Origin: Candidatus Asgardarchaeum abyssi
GTDB taxonomy: Archaea; Asgardarchaeota; Asgardarchaeia; Asgardarchaeales; Asgardarchaeaceae
NCBI GenBank assembly: GCA_040225955.1
Contig: JBECUL010000063.1
Coordinates: 1 to 11,370 of the forward strand
DNA length: 11,370 bases
Direction of reading: 5' to 3'
Shown: positions 5,484-11,370 of the stretch, piece after piece
Layout: each line of letters starts with the position of its first letter
Position numbering within the stretch: position 1 is the stretch's first letter
The notes under the pieces: generated by a model
The model's database searches: none
Seen by the model: the letters and a program-made list of their open reading frames with translations, nothing else
What the model was told of the DNA's origin: nothing
Made by a program: the position numbers and the translations under genes

Positions 5484-6956
5484 ATGTATCTATGTAGCTT
5501 TATGCGTGACAATGCTATTCCAAAGGTTATAGTGGATAGCCTAAAAGAAGGGGGGTTTGCGCTACAGATAAAGGGTAAAGCTGGAACGGGTAAAACATTA
5601 TTTGCATTAGAACTTATTAGAACACTCCGAGATAAACCTGCATACTATCTTACTACTAGAGTATCTCCTGTTGATCTCCTAAAGCAAGTGCCATGGATTG
5701 AGAGATACCTGCCTATTGAAAATATTCTTGATGCCCGTGCTGCAAGAATTCCAGCAGAATTAGATTTTCGAAAGATCAACACCACAAACATAACTGCTTT
5801 TATAAAAGAACTATATGAGATAATGCAACAATCTGAGGAGGAAGTAATTACATTAATTATTGACAGCATCGATGCTATTAAGACTACAATGGGGTTACCT
5901 TGGGATAATTATCAATTGGAAAAGGCTCTTTTTGAAATAGCATCTGTTCTGAAGACGAATATTGTAATAATTGTTGAAAGATATGATGTTATCCAATTAG
6001 ATTATCTTGTTGATGGAATAATTAAAACCGTTAGAAAAGTTGAAGATGGTCGTGTCCTTAGATACGCATTAATTGAGAAGATAAGAGGGCAGAAAATAAC
6101 AACCCCAGTTGTACTCTTTACTCTAACTGGCGGAAAATTCGGAATGTTTGACTGCTGCTTCACACCAAATCCTCTTCAAACTAAAAGTGTAAAAAAGGTT
6201 AAAAAACTAAAAGAAAAAGTTAGAAAGATTAGTGAAAAAAATGCAGTACCCACAGGAATAGATGTAATAGATAACTTACTAAATGGCGGCTTAACGATTG
6301 GTAGCTTTAATGTTCTTGAAATTCACCCATATATCGGAAACACATACTTGTACTTTTTAATGCCAATGATAATAAACATGGTTAAAAACAAAAGACTTGT
6401 ATACTTTATTCCGCCATCTGGAATTGCTCCTATTGAAATTAAAAGGACAATACAACCATTCATTAGCGATACTGATTTTAGAAAATACATTAAAATCTTT
6501 AAACTCAGACTACCAGGCCATGCAGCAACAGAAGAAAAACAAACAATACCTGTTGATGCGCGAAGTATAATCTCAACATTGGAAGAGACCGAGGGATACG
6601 TTCAAGAGTGCATCCCAGACACTGAAGGTATAGAACACTTAGGAATAACAGGCGCTGATACATTACAATATACATTTGGTGCTGATAATGTATATTCTAT
6701 CTTAGGTCGTTGGAGCGCTGGCGCAAAATTAACTAATAAAACCGAAATTGTTATTGCTAAAAAGGGACAGAAAATACTTAGTGACCTAGTTAACATGGCT
6801 GATACACATCTTGTTATAGATCTTAAACGAGGGACTCCAGTCTTTTATGGTAATATGCCATATACAGGATACTTTGGTTTAGATATAAAAATAGAAGTCC
6901 CTCAAAACGAGGGTGAATTAGCTAAGATAGAAATAGAACTTATTCCTATTGAGTAG
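5484..6956 (+). CDS. GvpD-like / KaiC-RAD55 superfamily ATPase with an active N-terminal and a degenerate C-terminal RecA-like domain
   Basis: Walker A GKAGTGKT, GvpD-like YLTTRVS, Walker B LIIDSID, LDYLVDGII and R...IEKIRG. The second domain begins VPTGIDVIDNLLNGG but has no GKT. AGGTG SD-like site upstream. Confidence 0.8.
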   Translation: MYLCSFMRDNAIPKVIVDSLKEGGFALQIKGKAGTGKTLFALELIRTLRDKPAYYLTTRVSPVDLLKQVPWIERYLPIENILDARAARIPAELDFRKINTTNITAFIKELYEIMQQSEEEVITLIIDSIDAIKTTMGLPWDNYQLEKALFEIASVLKTNIVIIVERYDVIQLDYLVDGIIKTVRKVEDGRVLRYALIEKIRGQKITTPVVLFTLTGGKFGMFDCCFTPNPLQTKSVKKVKKLKEKVRKISEKNAVPTGIDVIDNLLNGGLTIGSFNVLEIHPYIGNTYLYFLMPMIINMVKNKRLVYFIPPSGIAPIEIKRTIQPFISDTDFRKYIKIFKLRLPGHAATEEKQTIPVDARSIISTLEETEGYVQECIPDTEGIEHLGITGADTLQYTFGADNVYSILGRWSAGAKLTNKTEIVIAKKGQKILSDLVNMADTHLVIDLKRGTPVFYGNMPYTGYFGLDIKIEVPQNEGELAKIEIELIPIE

Positions 6957-7848
6957 TACTATATTTTATATTAATTTTTAATCTTTGCCCTTCCAATTCA
7001 GAAGAGCAAAATGATGATACAATATTATTAAAAACTAGTTTAATTCTAAAGTATTTTTCAGAAAAATAAATTGCTGTGCCTATACCTTTAAAAATCTTTG
7101 AGTACGCCTCAAAGGATATATTAATATTCTTATTCTCTATAATAAATCCGGAGAGGAAGTGTTCTGCATTAAAATCAGAAAGTATTAGACCCTTCTTATA
7201 ATACGGTACTCCAGCATCAAGTATATTTTTTCCATTTTTAGTTAAGGATAAACCAAACAATGAATTATTCTCAAATACTATAGATTGCGAAATCACTTTG
7301 CCTATTGCATAATACTTAGATATTTTTTCCAAAAGAACATCAAATTCTATCTCACTATTAATTTCATTGCCCCTAAATAGAATTTTAATCAATGGCAATG
7401 TATCCCTAGCCACTAAAATTCTATCTATATTACTCCTTATTTCAAAATGAATATGAGGATCCGTCCAGGGATAAAAATATCCACTTCGCAGAAATTGTCC
7501 TATTAGATCACCTGCACTTACGTACTCTCCAACTTTTACTTTAGGAGCTATATGTAACATTCTAACGTAATAGTTGTCATTTGAAAATGGATTAAGAGCT
7601 ATGATATAATCGATTTTAGAGTATCCTTTCTTAATAGGCGGTTTAATTTTTATTATGTCAATAATTTTTCCGTCGATTGGTGATACTGCATCTAATTGTC
7701 CATCAAATCCACGTATTCCTTGATATATATCTATAGCTGACCCAGCATAATGCGAAAAGTAGGGACTATTCCCAAAACTCATAAACCAATTACTTTCAGA
7801 ATATATAGGTATATTGTAAAATTCTGCTATTTTTCTCATAGGCATCAT
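6946..7848 (-). CDS. M23-family-like zinc metallopeptidase homolog (archaeal type)
   Basis: SH.....AIDIY (His/Asp ligands), AVSPIDGKI, RMLHI..KVKVGEYVSAGDLIG and TDPHIHFEIR (HxH). Its 3' end overlaps the convergent ATPase gene by 11 bp. Confidence 0.8.
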   Translation of the reverse strand: MMPMRKIAEFYNIPIYSESNWFMSFGNSPYFSHYAGSAIDIYQGIRGFDGQLDAVSPIDGKIIDIIKIKPPIKKGYSKIDYIIALNPFSNDNYYVRMLHIAPKVKVGEYVSAGDLIGQFLRSGYFYPWTDPHIHFEIRSNIDRILVARDTLPLIKILFRGNEINSEIEFDVLLEKISKYYAIGKVISQSIVFENNSLFGLSLTKNGKNILDAGVPYYKKGLILSDFNAEHFLSGFIIENKNINISFEAYSKIFKGIGTAIYFSEKYFRIKLVFNNIVSSFCSSELEGQRLKINIKYSTTQ

Positions 7849-7916
7849 AAAGTTTTTGAGAAAATGTTATTTAATAGTTTTTCGAAAATAACAGCCAGAA
7901 TACACGGAGTGTGATT

Positions 7917-8708
7917 ATGATAAGCGATGAAGATCCTTTACTTAAAATTGATCCAGAAAGTGTAAAAAAACGAATTGTGTCGGAAATTAGAAATTATTTT
8001 AGCAAACATAACTTAAAAAACAGTATTATTGGACTGAGTGGTGGTGTTGATTCTTCTTTGACCGCGTTTCTTTTAGTAGAGAGCTTAGGTCCTGAGAGGG
8101 TAAAAGCTTTAATTTTACCATCAAATATCACATCTGAAGAAGATATAAATGACGCAAAGAGAATAGCATCTATTCTTAAGATAGATTACACCGTTATTAG
8201 TATAACTCCAATTGTAGAAGCATTCAAGAATGCTCTAAATGTTAATGACAAGATAGCAATTGGAAATATAATGGCTAGGACAAGAATGATAATACTTTAC
8301 AATGAAGCAAGGCAACAAAAAGGTTTGGTTGTAGGAACTGGAAATAAAACTGAACTTATGGTTGGGTATTTTACTAAATATGGTGATGGGGGGGTTGATA
8401 TATTACCAATAGGAGATTTATATAAAACACAAGTCTGGGCATTAGCCGAATATGCAGGCGTTCCTCAGAGGATTATCAAAAAAGTACCAACAGCGGGCCT
8501 ATGGATTGGGCAAACTGATGAGGGTGAACTTGGAATTAAATATAGATTACTTGACAGAATACTTGTTAGATTAATTGACTACAAAATGACCTACGAGGAG
8601 ATTATGAAAGAAGTAAATGTTGAAAGAGAAATCATAGACAAAGTTTCAATGATGGTTAAAAATAGTGAGCACAAGAGACAACTACCTTATATTATAAAAA
8701 TAAAATAA
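7917..8708 (+). CDS. nadE: NH3-dependent NAD+ synthetase
   Basis: Motifs IGLSGGVDSS, GNIMARTRM..LY, VVGTGNKTE...GYFTKYGDGG.D..PIGDLYKTQV, PTAGLW.GQTDEGELG and SEHKR. No glutaminase domain. The start is ATG 7917 or GTG 7911. Confidence 0.96.
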   Translation: MISDEDPLLKIDPESVKKRIVSEIRNYFSKHNLKNSIIGLSGGVDSSLTAFLLVESLGPERVKALILPSNITSEEDINDAKRIASILKIDYTVISITPIVEAFKNALNVNDKIAIGNIMARTRMIILYNEARQQKGLVVGTGNKTELMVGYFTKYGDGGVDILPIGDLYKTQVWALAEYAGVPQRIIKKVPTAGLWIGQTDEGELGIKYRLLDRILVRLIDYKMTYEEIMKEVNVEREIIDKVSMMVKNSEHKRQLPYIIKIK

Positions 8709-8723
8709 TGAAGTGATTAAAGA

Positions 8724-10064
8724 TTATTTTTTCCTTGACTTTAAAATAAATACTATAATTGCTATTATTATTCCTGCAATCCCAGTCTCTATAATTATAG
8801 AGAGCCAACCAGCACCCTCTTCACCAGATGGCTGACTATGAGTTTCTTCAGTAGCATTGACTATGTTATTAAATACAACCTTTGATACGCTCCAATCCCA
8901 ATTAAATATATTTCTGAAATACATTGCAACATCTTTCCCTTTAATTATTACACCAGTTTCTCTGTTACTTCTTACAGAAGTCTTTGACCAGTTTATGCTG
9001 GAGACTAAAACAATTTTTCCATCAACAATAACACCCTTTACATGATAATTCTCAAAATATGTATCATTTGAATATGCAACAGCAATGTTTTCATAGGATT
9101 GCAGATGTTGTACTAGATCTTCATTTGGGCTACTTCCATTATTTAATAATATTCTTACTTTAACGCCACGCTGAGCTGCTTCAACAATATCTGTGACAAA
9201 CGGGCTTAACGACGTGCCCCAATTCTTATATATGTATAGCTGGGCAATTTCTAAAGTTTCATTGGCAGAATCTATTAATTGGCGTATTAGGGTTTCTGAT
9301 GTATCCGGAGATACAACCGGAGTTACCTCAAAGTATCCTTGAAATGTATCACTTGTGAATGGATGCGGATATTGTCCATGAGGGATATAGCCGCTAACGC
9401 TAGTTCCATTTCCATCGGATGTTGAGTACGGTCTAGCTATTGATAAATCTTCTATGAATACATCAATAAAGTAATCAGCTACATCCGAATTATTTATTAC
9501 TACACCCCATTCTCTATTTCCGTAAGATGAGTGTACAGGGACTCCAGTTTTAACCCAGTTTCCACTCATGATTACTGTTAGTGATGAATCAATAATTGCC
9601 ATTTTTGCATGAGTATACGCGAACTCTGTATCATTAGACCAATAAACGCTGGCTCCTGCTTGAGTTAAGTTCCAAGCAGCCCAAATATTACGATTATTTT
9701 CGAAAGAACTGGCATGATATTTTTCAGTAATGACATTTACACTGACTCCTCTTTTTATTGCATCATTCAATGCTTTAAGCAAATAAGGATTATAAATGGA
9801 GTATATCTCAATTTTTATATCATTTTTTGCAGAGTTTATCAGATTTACTAAGACATCGTAGCTGCTATCAGGGGATGTAAACACTATAATACTCATATTC
9901 CCCTCAATTCGTTCTATAGGAAATTCAGCTATGGTTTCAATATTGTATGTTCTATCTTCTACTAAGTAAATAGTTGTAGACCTATTAATAACTGTCAGGA
10001 CCGGATATGAGACAATTACAGATGATATCAACATAAAAAGCAGGATGTTTCTTTTAACATTCAT
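8724..10064 (-). CDS. Exported, C-terminally anchored phospholipase D-superfamily protein (two HKD motifs)
   Basis: HAKMAIID...SGNW...NREWG and HVKGVIVD...SSINW...NRETG. N-terminal basic + hydrophobic signal-like segment; C-terminal TM helix followed by KSRKK. ATG 10064, with GAGGT at 10072-10076, is preferred over the ORF-track start at 10097. Confidence 0.88.
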   Translation of the reverse strand: MNVKRNILLFMLISSVIVSYPVLTVINRSTTIYLVEDRTYNIETIAEFPIERIEGNMSIIVFTSPDSSYDVLVNLINSAKNDIKIEIYSIYNPYLLKALNDAIKRGVSVNVITEKYHASSFENNRNIWAAWNLTQAGASVYWSNDTEFAYTHAKMAIIDSSLTVIMSGNWVKTGVPVHSSYGNREWGVVINNSDVADYFIDVFIEDLSIARPYSTSDGNGTSVSGYIPHGQYPHPFTSDTFQGYFEVTPVVSPDTSETLIRQLIDSANETLEIAQLYIYKNWGTSLSPFVTDIVEAAQRGVKVRILLNNGSSPNEDLVQHLQSYENIAVAYSNDTYFENYHVKGVIVDGKIVLVSSINWSKTSVRSNRETGVIIKGKDVAMYFRNIFNWDWSVSKVVFNNIVNATEETHSQPSGEEGAGWLSIIIETGIAGIIIAIIVFILKSRKK

Positions 10065-10131
10065 TTTCTCGACCTCAAAATTAAATACTACTGACAAACT
10101 ATATCGGTAGTAAATAATAAAAAAATTTCCA

Positions 10132-10623
10132 TTATAGTTTTCCTTTTAATTTTGATACTATTTCACTAGCCTTTTTTATTATACTATTAGCTCTCCTCGA
10201 GTTCGATATTGTTAAAATAGCGTTGAAATACATTTTTAATTCTTGTTTATTTAGACCAAATTGGGAAATTATTTCATTTATTATTTTTTCATGCTCTGAC
10301 TTATATTCGCTATATAGTTCTACTAGAACTCTAGCAAAATCGACAATTGTAGGCTTTAATTCCTTTTTGGATTTAGGCTTCCCAAGACACTTAATAAGCA
10401 TATTTAAATCATTATTATCTCGTACAATAGCTAATACAGGTAGTTTCTCCTTATATTTCCCTTCAGAAACATAAATAGTAATACGTATACCATCTTTCTT
10501 GTTCATAAAAATCAGATTACCTTGTTCATCCTCAAAAAACTCGGAATTAAACATCATAGAAATCTCTTTCACTATATGTTTAAGCGTATCAGAATTTATT
10601 TCAAAGTGCACTTCAAATCCCAT
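10132..10623 (-). CDS. Hypothetical protein (alpha/beta N-terminal half, helical C-terminal half)
   Basis: 163-aa ORF with a GGAGG SD at 10631-10635, 7 nt before the ATG. Soluble-protein composition; no family recognised. Confidence 0.75.
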   Translation of the reverse strand: MGFEVHFEINSDTLKHIVKEISMMFNSEFFEDEQGNLIFMNKKDGIRITIYVSEGKYKEKLPVLAIVRDNNDLNMLIKCLGKPKSKKELKPTIVDFARVLVELYSEYKSEHEKIINEIISQFGLNKQELKMYFNAILTISNSRRANSIIKKASEIVSKLKGKL

Positions 10624-10765
10624 TCTATGACCTCCTTTATCATAATAACAAAAAATATTTCACTAAAATTAAATTTACCTAATATACTACTTAGATTAAT
10701 AGAAAAAATATATAAATAGGATGATAAAGTATAACATGACTATAAGCGGGGTGACTAAAAAAGTG

Positions 10766-11125
10766 ATGACATATTGCGAGTTTATAACAAAGTATGTACT
10801 CCCAGAAGTAAGAGCCCTTATTGTTAAAAAATTAAGAAGTAAATATAATATGACACAAGAACAAATAGCGAGAACATTAGGGATTACCCAAGCAGCGGTG
10901 AGTTATTATATATCTGCTAAGAGGGGATATAAACTCAAGGAGTTCAGGGATCTACCAGAAGTTAATAAGTTAATAGATGAAGTTGTTGAACAAATAACAA
11001 GAAATGAATTTAATGTGGAAGCTTACGCAGATGCTATCTGTGATATGTGTCAGAAAATAAGAGAAAGAAAACTCATATTACCATTAATAGAAAAATTTGG
11101 AAAAAAGGTAATTATTAAAGAATAA
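10766..11125 (+). CDS. Predicted archaeal XRE-type HTH transcriptional regulator with conserved cysteines (COG2522-like)
   Basis: CE....VLPEVRALIVKKL, HTH MTQEQIARTLGITQAAVSYYISAKRG and C-terminal ICDMC. GGGGTGA SD at 10748-10754 favours GTG 10763 or ATG 10766 over ATG 10721. Confidence 0.85.
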   Translation: MTYCEFITKYVLPEVRALIVKKLRSKYNMTQEQIARTLGITQAAVSYYISAKRGYKLKEFRDLPEVNKLIDEVVEQITRNEFNVEAYADAICDMCQKIRERKLILPLIEKFGKKVIIKE

Positions 11126-11370
11126 AAATTTTTAGTTAGTTATGATTATTTAGATTACAAACTCATACATATAACGATCATCTAAGCTGATATGTACGAT
11201 ACTGTAGCTAATAACTTAAACTTTAGATGAAAAATTAAGATATGAAATACGGCAGCTTTCTCTTTACATATTATTTTTATTTATCGTAATAAAAGAGCAC
11301 ATGTAAAAATTAAGGAATTTCTGATTTAAGATGTTTTCGCATTCATCAATCCCCAAAATCATGACCCTCT

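Noticed and set aside
4761-10719. Short ORFs 4761-4997, 5645-5869, 6602-6796, 8857-9045, 10223-10474 and 10522-10719
   Set aside because: They are antisense to well-supported genes or run through AT-rich spacer, with no independent evidence.
11126-11370. Possible minus-strand coding remnant (…MILGIDECENILNQKF…, Walker-B-like) at the right edge
   Set aside because: The frame closes after about 35 codons and is truncated by the window edge; there is not enough evidence for a gene or pseudogene call.
1-11370. CRISPR array, rRNA or IS element
   Set aside because: No regularly spaced repeats, rRNA-like conserved tracts, or terminal inverted repeats with a transposase were seen.

Overview
AT-rich archaeal DNA, inferred to be from a thermophilic Asgard (Promethearchaeota)-type genome. 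It contains an intronless tRNA-Arg(CCG) and housekeeping or enzyme genes: apgM, long-LID adk, nadE, a GvpD/KaiC-like ATPase, an M23-like metallopeptidase, a membrane-anchored dual-HKD phospholipase D-family protein and a Cys-containing HTH regulator. Three things stand out. (1) A tightly coupled two-gene minus-strand operon (1726-3190). One gene encodes a longin + tandem winged-helix protein with a C-terminal steadiness-box-like hairpin. The other encodes a small protein with an N-terminal amphipathic helix, a Pro/Ala/Thr linker and a Vps28-N/steadiness-box-like hairpin. Together they are a candidate ESCRT-I/GATOR1-like membrane module. (2) A full-length but heavily decayed serK (ADP-dependent serine kinase) pseudogene at 3395-4146, in the gap where the ORF track shows nothing. 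(3) A structured element at 1-80 with two competing pairings, probably the 5' end of an RNA transcribed divergently from the tRNA. All family calls come from motif reading by eye; no searches were run.
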